A DNA stretch of 46,680 nt. Origin: an uncultured Candidatus Saccharibacteria bacterium (lineage in GTDB: Bacteria > Patescibacteriota > Minisyncoccia > Minisyncoccales > GWA2-38-27). The translations under genes and the position numbers were made by a program. The stretch lies in NCBI GenBank assembly GCA_964509645.1, contig CAZDXV010000004.1, positions 1 to 46,680 on the forward strand, in the 5' to 3' direction. Below the pieces are notes generated by a model that saw nothing but the letters and a program-made list of their open reading frames with translations, had not been told where the DNA came from and searched no databases. Below are positions 18,947-28,744 of this stretch, piece by piece. How positions within the stretch are numbered: the first letter of the stretch is position 1; every line of letters begins with the position of its first letter.

Positions 18947-20503
18947 TTAATCTATATTATAAACCCAAAAACCTTCTTTTTCTTCAAGAAAGCCGTTGGG
19001 AAACTTCTTATATAATTTTATTATTAAGTTCTCTTCATAACTCATAAGAACTATTGAAGACTTTTTATCTTTATTTATTCTATCTAATTGATCTTCTTTA
19101 AGGTATACAGCGTCAACTTGGTTTCCTTTAGTCCTCTCTACAAACTGAACAGTTTGCGAGGGCATAGGAATTCCGTCAGGATAGGGGACGGGAACTCCTC
19201 CTTTGTTTACTATAACATAAGTATCCTTTTCTATATCATTCAAATATCTTCCCATCAAAACAAAGTTTTGAGAAAAAGCTCCAGCAGTTTCTTCTTTGAG
19301 AGCCCAAGAATTAAAGTATTTATCAGCTTGAGCATAAACTAAAGATAAAAGGATAATTGCTGTTAGGGCATAATAAAATATTTCCTTTTCCTTGAATAGT
19401 CTTTTAAGTTTTTCAAAAAGCCAGACAAAACCTAAAGAAGAAAATATATATATGGGGGGCATTGCTCCTATAACCCTTAAGGCGTGAGGTATTCCCTCAT
19501 AAGTTAGAACTCCGGGAAGCAAAAAGATAAAGAACCATCCCAACAGAACAGAAGATAGGATAACCTCATCTTTATTTCTCCTTTTTATTAAATAAAAGAT
19601 AGAAATGATAAAACCTATTAAAAAAAGTATTCCTAGGGGCCACAGCAACTGAGGAGACTTTGAAAAGTTATGGCGCCAATTAGCGTCTCCGTAAACATTA
19701 AACATTCCCAGATGAACCGCTAAAGATTCTCCCGCCCTATACAAGGGATTCTCCTGGCTTAATACGGAAACTCCAGAAGCTCTCCCAAAAAAGTCTTCCG
19801 GGTTCTTTAAAAAGTAAAAACCTAAAGGCGAAGCTACAATAAAAGTGACAATGGCGCAGACAGCAGCTATTTTTAAAACCATCTTTTTATTGTAATAGAA
19901 CAACCCCACAATAATATTAAGTAAAAATAGAAAGATTACAAATCTGTAAGAAATGTATGTATAAAAGCCAAGACCCAAAAATATGCCAGAGACAGCAGGA
20001 AAGATCCATTTTCTCTCTTTTATCCCCTTATTTAAAAAGTAAAAGCCGAATACTAATAAAAAGGGAACTAAAATAGCTCTAAATCCTATTCTAGAGAAAT
20101 TAACATGCCAAAAAGAAATAGCTAAAAAGAAGGAGGATAAAAGAGCTATAGCTTTGCCGTGCTTTAAATTAGAGAATAGAATCTTAGCTAAAAAATAAAT
20201 TCCTAATACAGTCAAAACGCCAAAGAAAGCGGGAAGCATTCTTAGGGCTACTATGCTTGGGCCAAATAAACCGAAAGACAGAGAAAGAAGCCAAATAAAA
20301 AGACCTTCGCGACCGTTATTTTCAGGATAAAAAAGCTTATAGCTGAATTCTTTCAAACTTATTAAAGCGTCGTTTCCATTTATAGCTTCATCGGGATAAA
20401 GGCCTGGAGGAGCTGAATCTAATCCCCAAAACCTAAAAAAGACAGCTAAAGCTATAATTATTAAAAGGAATATTATCACCTTTTTTTCTGTAAGAAAAGA
20501 CAT
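18947..20503 (-). CDS. GT39/ArnT-PMT-like membrane glycosyltransferase
   Basis: PPGLYPDEA, NNGREGLF, WHVNFSRIGFRAIL, PHALR. Confidence 0.85.
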   Translation of the reverse strand: MSFLTEKKVIIFLLIIIALAVFFRFWGLDSAPPGLYPDEAINGNDALISLKEFSYKLFYPENNGREGLFIWLLSLSFGLFGPSIVALRMLPAFFGVLTVLGIYFLAKILFSNLKHGKAIALLSSFFLAISFWHVNFSRIGFRAILVPFLLVFGFYFLNKGIKERKWIFPAVSGIFLGLGFYTYISYRFVIFLFLLNIIVGLFYYNKKMVLKIAAVCAIVTFIVASPLGFYFLKNPEDFFGRASGVSVLSQENPLYRAGESLAVHLGMFNVYGDANWRHNFSKSPQLLWPLGILFLIGFIISIFYLIKRRNKDEVILSSVLLGWFFIFLLPGVLTYEGIPHALRVIGAMPPIYIFSSLGFVWLFEKLKRLFKEKEIFYYALTAIILLSLVYAQADKYFNSWALKEETAGAFSQNFVLMGRYLNDIEKDTYVIVNKGGVPVPYPDGIPMPSQTVQFVERTKGNQVDAVYLKEDQLDRINKDKKSSIVLMSYEENLIIKLYKKFPNGFLEEKEGFWVYNID

Positions 20504-20768
20504 TACAATATTATATCATAGCGAAATAAAAAAAAGAAGGGCGCTTTTGGTTCTCCTCTGAGGAGAGTGTTGTAGGTTATTTCGTAGCGACTGAGAGTGT
20601 CCTCTTCTTTTTCTATCATCGCTATTTCTAGCTCCTTTATAAGAGGGTTTATTGTTATGTCAATAAGTTTATCTATTGATAAAATTTTATTAATTTGTTA
20701 AAATTATTTAGCACTTTCTAAGAGCAAGATAATGGTTATCTTGTCAAAAAAAGGAAAGGAGATGAATT

Positions 20769-21209
20769 GTGTTATCTCTAGGAATTTTCATGTTATCTCT
20801 AGGAATTCTTCTGATGCTAGGTGCACTTTTTCTTACGGTGACTGCTACCTCGCTGTTTATTGATCGCAGGGAAGAGGTACTTGGAATCCTAGTTCTTATT
20901 TTCGCTGTCGCGGCGGCTGCTCTATCCGGATTTAGTTTTTACAAGGCCGGAGTAGGGAAATTAGGAACCACTAGCAACATTGAAGACGGCATTATTTACA
21001 AAGTGGCCGGGAAAATTGATTTTTCTGAGGAGTCAACCGTAATTATTCTAGAAGAGTTTGATGGCGATCTCCTGTGTGTTAAGGTTTCCGAACCGTTCCC
21101 AGAAGACGCCCGTTACATTAGAAAAAAGAATGAAAAAAACGGTAAAACTATTCTCGTTTCCCCTGACAACGAAGTTATATCTGAGGAAAGGAAGCAAGGG
21201 TTCCAATAG
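20769..21209 (+). CDS. hypothetical membrane protein (2 N-terminal TM helices)
   Basis: ORF with SD-like AAGGAG upstream and terminator downstream; start may be GTG 20769 or ATG 20790. Confidence 0.7.
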   Translation: MLSLGIFMLSLGILLMLGALFLTVTATSLFIDRREEVLGILVLIFAVAAAALSGFSFYKAGVGKLGTTSNIEDGIIYKVAGKIDFSEESTVIILEEFDGDLLCVKVSEPFPEDARYIRKKNEKNGKTILVSPDNEVISEERKQGFQ

Positions 21210-21216
21210 GAATCTA

Positions 21217-21247
21217 AGCCCGCTTACACTAAACAAGCGGGTTTTTA
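21217..21247 (+). terminator. intrinsic terminator
   Basis: gcccgctt-loop-aagcgggt followed by T run. Confidence 0.75.
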
Positions 21248-21249
21248 TT

Positions 21250-21276
21250 TTATCACTCTTGACATTAGACTGCTAA
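21250..21276 (+). promoter_or_regulatory. CIRCE operator overlapping the -35 box
   Basis: TTATCACTC-TTGACATTA-GACTGCTAA versus consensus TTAGCACTC-N9-GAGTGCTAA; directly upstream of hrcA. Confidence 0.85.
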
Positions 21277-21296
21277 TTTTTTAAAATGGAGGCAGA

Positions 21297-21980
21297 ATGC
21301 CCATTACAAAAAGACAAACAGAGTTGCTTAATAGGCTAATTGAAGAATATGTAGAAACGGCAAAACCCGTAAGCTCAGAGCTTTTAAAGAAAAAATGTAA
21401 GCTGGAAGTATGTCCGGCTACCGTAAGAAACGAAATGCAAGATCTTACAAAGAAAGGGTATTTAAAGCAGCCTCATACTTCAGCTGGAAGAGTACCCACC
21501 AATAAAGCTTACAGGCACTTTGTTAAGGACTTGATAAATGAAGAGGAAGATTTCTTTTTAAAAGATCTTCAGATATTAAAAAGAGAAACAAAAGACATTT
21601 TCAGGCTTGCCGAGCTGACAACAAAGCTTTTGTCCTCGCTTTCTTCCGGAATAGCTTTGACCTATCTTTCAGAAAGGGATCTTTTGTGGGAGGATGGATG
21701 GAAAGATGTTTTTTCTTATCCTGAGTTTGAGGATAGGAAGTTCAGAAATGATTTTATTAAAGCGGTAGAAAGAATGGAATCCAAGATAAAAGATTTAGAA
21801 GGGCCTAATGTCCAGGTGTATATAGGACGAGAGGGATCTTTTCTAGAATCAAGCGAGATGAGCTTGATTGCGTCAAAACGCAGCAAAGCTGTTATGGCCG
21901 TATTGGGACCTAACAGAATGACATATAAAAAGAACATAAAGGTTGTATTGTCTTTAACTAAAATATTAGAGGATTTTTAA
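21297..21980 (+). CDS. hrcA: heat-inducible transcription repressor HrcA (short form)
   Basis: PVSS, ATVRNEM..L, QPHTSAGRVPT, VLGPNRMTY. Confidence 0.9.
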   Translation: MPITKRQTELLNRLIEEYVETAKPVSSELLKKKCKLEVCPATVRNEMQDLTKKGYLKQPHTSAGRVPTNKAYRHFVKDLINEEEDFFLKDLQILKRETKDIFRLAELTTKLLSSLSSGIALTYLSERDLLWEDGWKDVFSYPEFEDRKFRNDFIKAVERMESKIKDLEGPNVQVYIGREGSFLESSEMSLIASKRSKAVMAVLGPNRMTYKKNIKVVLSLTKILEDF

Positions 21981-22432
21981 TGAAAGAAGAAGATATCGAA
22001 AAAAAATATTTAGAGGGATGGAAAAGAGCTCAGGCAGATCTTATCAATTACAAAAAAGAAGAGTCTCAAAGACTGACCAATCTTTCAAAATACATAAAAG
22101 AAGAATTTATTCTTGAGCTTCTTCCGGTATTGGATAATATATATTTAGCCGAAAAAGAGCTTACAGCCAAAGAGAAGAAAAACCAGTGGGTCAAGGGATT
22201 TTTGAAGATAAAAGACCAGCTTTTAAATATTCTAGAAAAAGAAGGAATAAAAGAAATGAACTGTTTGGATAAAAAGGTAGACCTTAAGCTGCATGAGATA
22301 ACAGGAGAGGTAGAGTCCGAAAAAGACCCGGAAACCATAGTAGAGGTTGAGAAAAGAGGATACGAGATAAACGGCAAGGTTTTAAGACCTGCCAAAGTAA
22401 AAATATCTAAAAGGTCGGATAAAAGCAATTAA
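21980..22432 (+). CDS. grpE: nucleotide exchange factor GrpE
   Basis: RAQADLINYKK, LLPVLDN, GYEINGKVLRPAKV. Confidence 0.92.
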   Translation: MKEEDIEKKYLEGWKRAQADLINYKKEESQRLTNLSKYIKEEFILELLPVLDNIYLAEKELTAKEKKNQWVKGFLKIKDQLLNILEKEGIKEMNCLDKKVDLKLHEITGEVESEKDPETIVEVEKRGYEINGKVLRPAKVKISKRSDKSN

Positions 22433-22466
22433 TACTGTATATTTTAAAAAGAATGTACAGAAAAAT

Positions 22467-22901
22467 ATGCCTTTAGTTCCATGGAGACCCTTTAGAGAGA
22501 TAGACAGGTTCTTTGATGACTGGGACAACGACAGAAGCCTTTTTTCAGAGCTTCCTGAAATGAGGGTTCCAAGAACCGATATTTATGAGACAGAAAAGGA
22601 TGTTGTAGCCAAGGTAGAGCTTCCCGGATTGAACCCCGAAGACATAGACGTCGAGGTAAAAGACAATGTTTTGATAATCCAGGGCAAAATGGAAGAGAAG
22701 AAAGAAGAGAAGAAGAAAGGATATTTCAGAAAAGAAATCAGCAGGGGCTTTTACAAGAGATCTTTGCCTTTACCTGTAGAGGTAGAAGACAAGAAAGCCA
22801 AAGCTGATTACAGAGGTGGTTTGCTCTCTGTTGTAATTCCCAAAGCAAAACCTGTAAAAGAAGAGAAAAAGGGCACAAAAGTAAAAGTAGAATCCAAATA
22901 G
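22467..22901 (+). CDS. Hsp20/alpha-crystallin small heat shock protein
   Basis: PRTDIYET, ELPG, FYKRSLPLP, ADYRGGLLSVVIPK. Confidence 0.92.
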   Translation: MPLVPWRPFREIDRFFDDWDNDRSLFSELPEMRVPRTDIYETEKDVVAKVELPGLNPEDIDVEVKDNVLIIQGKMEEKKEEKKKGYFRKEISRGFYKRSLPLPVEVEDKKAKADYRGGLLSVVIPKAKPVKEEKKGTKVKVESK

Positions 22902-22909
22902 TTTGGGTT

Positions 22910-22940
22910 TTAGGGCTGTCCATTTTGTGGACAGCGCTAA
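22910..22940 (+). other. intergenic stem-loop inside the heat-shock operon
   Basis: gctgtcca-tttt-gtggacagc with no U-tract. Confidence 0.5.
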
Positions 22941-22971
22941 GGTCCAAAATAAATTAAAATAAATTAAAATT

Positions 22972-24843
22972 ATGTCAAAAATACTAGGAATAGACTTGGG
23001 CACAACATTCTCCGCCATGGCTGTTATGGAGTCGGGCGAGCCCAAAATAGTAGAAAACCAAGAGGGAACAAGAACTACTCCCTCTGTTGTAGCTATTAAC
23101 AAAAAAGGGGAGAGACTGGTAGGAGTTGTAGCTAGACGTCAGCAGATTACTAATCCCAAAGATACAATATTCGCTACCAAAAGACTAATCGGAAGGAGGT
23201 TTTCCGACAAAGACATTCAAAAAGACAAAGAGCGCCTTCCTTACGAGATAAAAGAGGCCAAAGACGGAGGAGTTGAGATTAAAATGGGAGATAAGTGGTT
23301 AAGACCTCCTGAGTTCTCGGCTATGATCTTGCAGAAAATGAAACAGGATGCAGAACAAAAATTGGGTGAAAAGATAAAAGATGTTGTTATAACCTGTCCC
23401 GCCTATTTTGACGATTCCCAAAGAAAAGCCACTAAAGTAGCGGGAGATATAGCGGGGCTTAATGTTAAAATGGTCTTAAATGAGCCTACAGCGGCAGCCT
23501 TGGCTTACGGATTGACTAAAAAGGGAAACGAGAAGGTTCTTGTTTACGACTTTGGAGGGGGAACTTTTGACGTTTCTATTCTGGATATTCAAAAAGATCC
23601 TGATACTGTTGAAGTTGTCGGCGTAGGAGGAGATTCTCATCTGGGAGGAGAAGATTTTGACAGAAAAATAATGGACTGGATTATTGATGAATTCAAAAAA
23701 GACCAAGGAATAGACATTTCCAAGGATCAGCTTGCTCTTCAAAGAGTAAAAGAGGCAGCAGAAAAAGCAAAGATAGAGCTCTCTGCCACAATGGAAACAG
23801 AGATAAATATACCCTTTATTACATCTGACTCTTCAGGCCCTAAACACTTATACCTCAAGCTTACGAGAGCTCAGCTGGAGAATCTAGTCAAAGAATTTAT
23901 CGACAAATCCATAAACCTTACCAAAGAGGCCTTAAAAGAAGCTAATCTGGAAACCAAGGATATAGATGAGATAGTTTTAGTCGGAGGACAAACAAGAACC
24001 CCGGCAATTCAGGAAGAAATTAAGAAGCTTTTTGGAAAAGATCCTAATAAAACAATCAACCCTGACGAAGTTGTGGCTATCGGAGCTGCTGTTCAGGGAG
24101 CTATTATGGGAGGAGACGCCAAAGAGGTTCTTCTCTTGGACGCCACTCCTCTTTCTTTGGGAATTGAAACTCTTGGAGGAGTAAATACGGTTCTAATTCC
24201 CAAAAACATTACCTATCCTACCAGTAAAACGCAAATCTTCTCTACGGCAGCTGATAGCCAGACCTCAGTAGAGGTTCATGTTCTCCAGGGAGAAAGACCG
24301 ATGGCTAAAGACAACAAAACATTAGGCAAGTTCATTTTAGACGGAATACCTCCGGCTCCAAGAGGAACGCCTCAAGTAGAGGTAACCTTTGATATTAATT
24401 CCGACGGTATACTGAATGTTTCGGCCAAAGACAAGGCCTCGGGTAAGTCTCAATCAATAAGGATTGAAGGATCTGTTGGAATGTCTGACGAGGAAATAGA
24501 AAAGCTAAAAAAAGAAGCTGAAGCCCACGCAGAAGAAGACAAGAAGAAAAGAGAGCTTATTGAAGCCAAAAACAAAGCAGACAGTTTGGTTTACAGTACA
24601 GAAAAAACAATAAGGGATGCAGGAGACAAGATAGATAAAAATCTTAAAGAAGAGGTAGAAGGAAAGATAAAAGAGGTTGAAAAAGCTAAAGAATCTGAAA
24701 ATCCAGAAGAGATAAATAAAAAGATAGAAGAGCTTTCTCAGGCAATACAAAAGATTGGAGCTCAAATGTATCAGCAGAACAACCAAAACCAAGAAAAAAA
24801 AGAAGATGATAACACAGAAGAAGGGGAGTATAAAGAAAAATGA
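22972..24843 (+). CDS. dnaK: molecular chaperone DnaK
   Basis: [43 protein letters not shown]. Confidence 0.98.
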   Translation: MSKILGIDLGTTFSAMAVMESGEPKIVENQEGTRTTPSVVAINKKGERLVGVVARRQQITNPKDTIFATKRLIGRRFSDKDIQKDKERLPYEIKEAKDGGVEIKMGDKWLRPPEFSAMILQKMKQDAEQKLGEKIKDVVITCPAYFDDSQRKATKVAGDIAGLNVKMVLNEPTAAALAYGLTKKGNEKVLVYDFGGGTFDVSILDIQKDPDTVEVVGVGGDSHLGGEDFDRKIMDWIIDEFKKDQGIDISKDQLALQRVKEAAEKAKIELSATMETEINIPFITSDSSGPKHLYLKLTRAQLENLVKEFIDKSINLTKEALKEANLETKDIDEIVLVGGQTRTPAIQEEIKKLFGKDPNKTINPDEVVAIGAAVQGAIMGGDAKEVLLLDATPLSLGIETLGGVNTVLIPKNITYPTSKTQIFSTAADSQTSVEVHVLQGERPMAKDNKTLGKFILDGIPPAPRGTPQVEVTFDINSDGILNVSAKDKASGKSQSIRIEGSVGMSDEEIEKLKKEAEAHAEEDKKKRELIEAKNKADSLVYSTEKTIRDAGDKIDKNLKEEVEGKIKEVEKAKESENPEEINKKIEELSQAIQKIGAQMYQQNNQNQEKKEDDNTEEGEYKEK

Positions 24844-25895
24844 AGGACTACTACCAAATCCTAGGCGTTTCCAAAGAGGCTTCCCAGGAAGAGATTAAGA
24901 AGGCTTTCCATAGATTGGCTCACAAACATCATCCTCATAAAGGAGGAGACGAAAATAAATTCAAGGAAATCAACGAGGCCTATCAGGTGCTTTCGGATAA
25001 AAACAAAAGATCCCAGTATGACCAGTTTGGCTCCGCACCGGAAGGACAGGGCTTCAATTGGCAGGATTTTTCTTCTCAAGGCATGGGTTTTGAGGATTTT
25101 GATCTAGGGGACATCTTTGGAGACGTTTTTGGTTTTGGAAGAAGATCTCAAAAGAAAGACTTTAAAAGAGGAAAAGATATTAGAATAGACATAGAAATTC
25201 CCTTAAAAGACACCCTTAAAGAAACTAAAAAAACTATCTCTTTAAAGAAGTTTGAAACCTGCTCCAGGTGCCAGGGAAAAGGGGCAGAGCCCGGAACTTC
25301 AGTCAAAGAATGCTTTTCTTGCCGCGGTACGGGGAGAGTCCAGCAGGTAAGAAGAACTTTTCTTGGATCTATAACTCAATGGAGTGTTTGTCCTGAATGC
25401 CAGGGTGAAGGATACAATCCAGAAAAACCTTGCAATGTTTGTTCTGGAGAAGGAAGAGTGAAGAAAGAAGAAGAAATTACTATAAATATTCCAGCTGGTG
25501 TAGATACAAATCAAATATTAAGAGTTGATAACAAAGGAAATGCAGGAAGAAAAGGAGGAAAGCCGGGAGACCTCTATATCAGAATATTTGTAAAACAAGA
25601 TCCTCACTTCGAAAGAAAAGGGGATGATCTTTATACTTCAGCTGAAATATCTTTTTCTCAGGCAGCTTTGGGAGATAAGATAGAAATTACTACGTTAGAA
25701 GACAAAAAAATAGAGCTTAATGTGCCCTCTGGCACTCAGTCAGGCAAGATACTAAGAATATCAAACAGAGGAATTCCTCATTTTTCAGGATACGGAAGAG
25801 GAAATCTTTATATTTTCTTAAAAGTAAAAACTCCTCAAAAGCTTACAAGAGAGCAAAAGAAACTCCTAAAAGAGTTAAAAGAAAAAGGGTTGTAG
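24840..25895 (+). CDS. dnaJ: molecular chaperone DnaJ (class A; HPH in place of HPD)
   Basis: J-domain, G/F region, four CxxCxGxG motifs, C-terminal domain. Confidence 0.95.
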   Translation: MKDYYQILGVSKEASQEEIKKAFHRLAHKHHPHKGGDENKFKEINEAYQVLSDKNKRSQYDQFGSAPEGQGFNWQDFSSQGMGFEDFDLGDIFGDVFGFGRRSQKKDFKRGKDIRIDIEIPLKDTLKETKKTISLKKFETCSRCQGKGAEPGTSVKECFSCRGTGRVQQVRRTFLGSITQWSVCPECQGEGYNPEKPCNVCSGEGRVKKEEEITINIPAGVDTNQILRVDNKGNAGRKGGKPGDLYIRIFVKQDPHFERKGDDLYTSAEISFSQAALGDKIEITTLEDKKIELNVPSGTQSGKILRISNRGIPHFSGYGRGNLYIFLKVKTPQKLTREQKKLLKELKEKGL

Positions 25896-25937
25896 CATAT
25901 TGATTTTTAAGTTAAAATTTAGTAGAGTATATTAAAT

Positions 25938-26011
25938 GCGCCCATAGCTCAGCTAGGCAGAGCACCGGCCTTTTAAGCCGTGGGTCGGGGGTTCGATTCC
26001 CTCTGGGCGCA
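25938..26011 (+). tRNA. tRNA-Lys(TTT), CCA not encoded
   Basis: gcgccca/tgggcgc acceptor stem, loop cTTTTaa, GGTTCGATTCC T-arm. Confidence 0.92.
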
Positions 26012-26018
26012 CAGAAAA

Positions 26019-26095
26019 GGGCCCATAGCTCAGTTGGCTAGAGCGCGTGTATGGCATACACGAGGTCGCGAGTTCAAGTCTCGCTGGGTCCACCA
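26019..26095 (+). tRNA. tRNA-Ala(GGC)
   Basis: G3:U70 pair, anticodon loop atGGCat, encoded CCA. Confidence 0.95.
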
Positions 26096-26129
26096 AATTA
26101 GAACTTTCTCTCAAGAAAATGGCTGTTGT

Positions 26130-26270
26130 TTACAGGGGACTTTTAATATTTTTAAGATTTGGATTTGTTACTTGAGTATAGATTTGTGTTGTTCGGATAT
26201 TTCGATGACCTAAAAGCTCTTGTACGTATCTAGTATCAATACCGTTTTCTAACAAATGTGTTGCGAAGCT
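26130..26270 (-). pseudogene. C-terminal fragment of a tyrosine recombinase (integrase)
   Basis: [46 protein letters not shown]; box II with catalytic Tyr; N-terminus absent. Confidence 0.9.
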
Positions 26271-27071
26271 GTTTATCTGCCAGTTAACATGGAACTTTAT
26301 CAAAAGGTTTCAGACAACATTTGGAATATTATAAAAGAATTTTCTCCCAAAGCCGAAAAAGTTTCAGTAGATGAGGCCTATCTTGATCTTTCCCACTTAA
26401 GCTTTAAGGAAGCGGAAAAAATAGGAAAAGAAATTAAAAATAAAATAATTAAGAAAGAAAAACTTACTTCTACTGTCGGAATAGGACCGAATAAACTGAT
26501 ATCTAAAATAGCATGCTCCGAGGCCAAGCCTGACGGGTTTAAGATTATAATCCCTTCTAAAGCTAAGGGCTTCCTTTCTCCTTTGCCAATTAAATCTTTG
26601 CCCGGCATAGGACCTAAAACCGCAGAGAAACTTAAAAGTTTTAAAACCATTAAAGACCTTAGATCTTTAAATCGAAAAGAGCTCCAAAGAAGTTTAGGAA
26701 AAAACGGCCTTTCCATTTACGAGAAAGCAAGAGGAATAGACAAGAGAGAAATTAAAGAAAAAAGAGATGTAAAATCCATAGGCAAAGAATACACCTTTTT
26801 AAGAGATACCAGAGATCCGCAAGAACTTTTTTCTCGATTTGAAAAAATTATTTCAAGCGTATCTTTAGAGATAAAAGAGAGAAATCTTTCTTACAAAACC
26901 ATAACAGTTGTTTGCCGTTTTTCGGGGTTTGAAACCCATAGCAAGTCAAAAACCTTCAAAAAAACAAAGGATTTAAAACTTCTTAATAAAGAAGCTAAAA
27001 AGCTTTTTTTAAAGTTCATCGTAGAAAACCTTAAACCAATTCGATTAATCGGATTAAGGGTTAAAATTTAA
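26265..27071 (+). pseudogene. dinB: 5'-truncated DNA polymerase IV
   Basis: SVDEAYLD, GIGPNKLISKIA..KPDG, LPGIGPKT, little-finger domain; N-terminal DMDAFF catalytic motif missing. Confidence 0.85.
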
Positions 27072-27112
27072 TTTGCCTTTGGTTTTTCTTTTTGATATAA
27101 AGGGTAAATACA

Positions 27113-28279
27113 ATGAATTCTGTAATAAGAAAACTGTTATTATCTTTATTCATCCTTTTAGTTTTTGGAGGAGGTTTTTGGATAGGAAAACTTTCTGTAG
27201 TTTGCCCTATTTGTTCGCCCCAGGAAGTAGATCTTTCCCTTCTTTGGGAAACCTGGAACACCTTAAAAGAAAAATATGTGAATCCTTCAGACCTTGATAC
27301 TCAAGAGATGATATACGGAGCTGTTTCTGGAATGGTGGAATCCTTAAAAGATCCCTATACAACGTTTTTTAACCCGGAGAAAACAGAGAAGTTTTTAGAA
27401 GAAGTAAGAGGAAGATTTGAAGGGGTGGGGATGGAAGTAGGTCTGAGAAACGAGAGGCTTCAAGTGATAGCTCCTTTAGAGGGAACCCCGGCTAAAAAGG
27501 CCGGTTTAAGAGCGGGGGATATAATAATGAAAGTTAACGATACCAGAACCGTGGATATCAGTCTGGAGGAAGCAGTATCTCTTATCCGAGGCCCGAAAGG
27601 AACCACGGTGACACTTTCCATACTTAGAGACGGCTGGGAATCTCCCCAGGAGTTTAAAATTAAAAGAGATGTTATAGAAGTCCCTTCTTTAACCTGGGAG
27701 ATGAAAGAAGGAAATATTGCCTATATCAATATGTACCATTTTTCAAAAAAGGCGGATTCTGAATTTTCCAAAACAGCTTTGAAGATTCTTAACAGCCCAG
27801 CAGAGAAAATAATACTTGATTTAAGAAACAACCCGGGAGGTTATCTTGAAATATCTCAAGATATCGCAGGATGGTTTTTGGAGAAAAATGATATTGTTGT
27901 GATAGAAGATTTTAGCAACGGAAAAGGAGAGATAACCTATAAAGCAGAGGGAAACTCTAAGCTTTTAAGCTATCCTTTGATTATTTTAATAAACCAGGGC
28001 TCAGCTTCAGCCTCAGAAATACTAGCGGCCGCCCTAAGAGATAACAGAGGAGTAAAGCTTGTAGGGGAGACCTCTTTTGGAAAAGGTTCTGTTCAGGAAC
28101 TTATTACATTGAGAAACAACGCCAGCTTAAAGGTAACAATAGCCAAATGGCTCACTCCAAGCAGAAAGCAAATATCAGAAGTCGGTTTAGAACCGGATAT
28201 TAGAATTGAAATGACAGATGAAGATTATAACGAAGGAAGAGACCCTCAACTAGAAAAAGCTATTGAATTACTGGAATAA
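27113..28279 (+). CDS. ctpA: S41 family carboxyl-terminal protease
   Basis: DPYT, PDZ domain, LDLRNNPGG, SASASEI, GKGSVQ, DPQL. Confidence 0.92.
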   Translation: MNSVIRKLLLSLFILLVFGGGFWIGKLSVVCPICSPQEVDLSLLWETWNTLKEKYVNPSDLDTQEMIYGAVSGMVESLKDPYTTFFNPEKTEKFLEEVRGRFEGVGMEVGLRNERLQVIAPLEGTPAKKAGLRAGDIIMKVNDTRTVDISLEEAVSLIRGPKGTTVTLSILRDGWESPQEFKIKRDVIEVPSLTWEMKEGNIAYINMYHFSKKADSEFSKTALKILNSPAEKIILDLRNNPGGYLEISQDIAGWFLEKNDIVVIEDFSNGKGEITYKAEGNSKLLSYPLIILINQGSASASEILAAALRDNRGVKLVGETSFGKGSVQELITLRNNASLKVTIAKWLTPSRKQISEVGLEPDIRIEMTDEDYNEGRDPQLEKAIELLE

Positions 28280-28297
28280 TTGTTTTAGAATACAAAT

Positions 28298-28744
28298 ATG
28301 AAAGTTATTATTCTTAAAGATATAGAAAATATAGGGAAAAAGAACGAGGTAAAAGAATTTAAGGACGGATATGCCCGAAACTTTTTAATACCTCAGGGCT
28401 TAGCTAAACCCGCCACAGAAGAAACTCTTAAGGAGCTTGTAAAAACAAAAGAACAAGAGGAAGAAAAAGAAAAAGGAGAGCTCGAAAACGCCCAAAAAGT
28501 AGCCTCCAGCTTAGAAAGCGCGGAAGTAGTAATACCCGTAAAAACAGGAGACAAGGGGCAGTTTTTTGAAAAAATAACTTCTCAGAAAATATCAGAAAAA
28601 TTGAAAGAGCTGGGTTTTGATATAAGCAAAAATCAAGTTGATCTCAAAAAACCCATTGAAGAAATAGGGGAGTTTCAAATTAAAATAAAGTTAGATCACA
28701 ATTTAGAAAGCGAGATAAATCTGATAATATCAGAGGAAAAATAA
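28298..28744 (+). CDS. rplI: 50S ribosomal protein L9
   Basis: [25 protein letters not shown]. Confidence 0.95.
   Translation: MKVIILKDIENIGKKNEVKEFKDGYARNFLIPQGLAKPATEETLKELVKTKEQEEEKEKGELENAQKVASSLESAEVVIPVKTGDKGQFFEKITSQKISEKLKELGFDISKNQVDLKKPIEEIGEFQIKIKLDHNLESEINLIISEEK

Noticed and set aside
20709-20735. TTAGCACTT as a second CIRCE
   Set aside because: Only the left arm is present; no matching right arm at N9
26256-27071. dinB as an intact gene
   Set aside because: First catalytic Asp motif is missing and the apparent start derives from integrase antisense sequence
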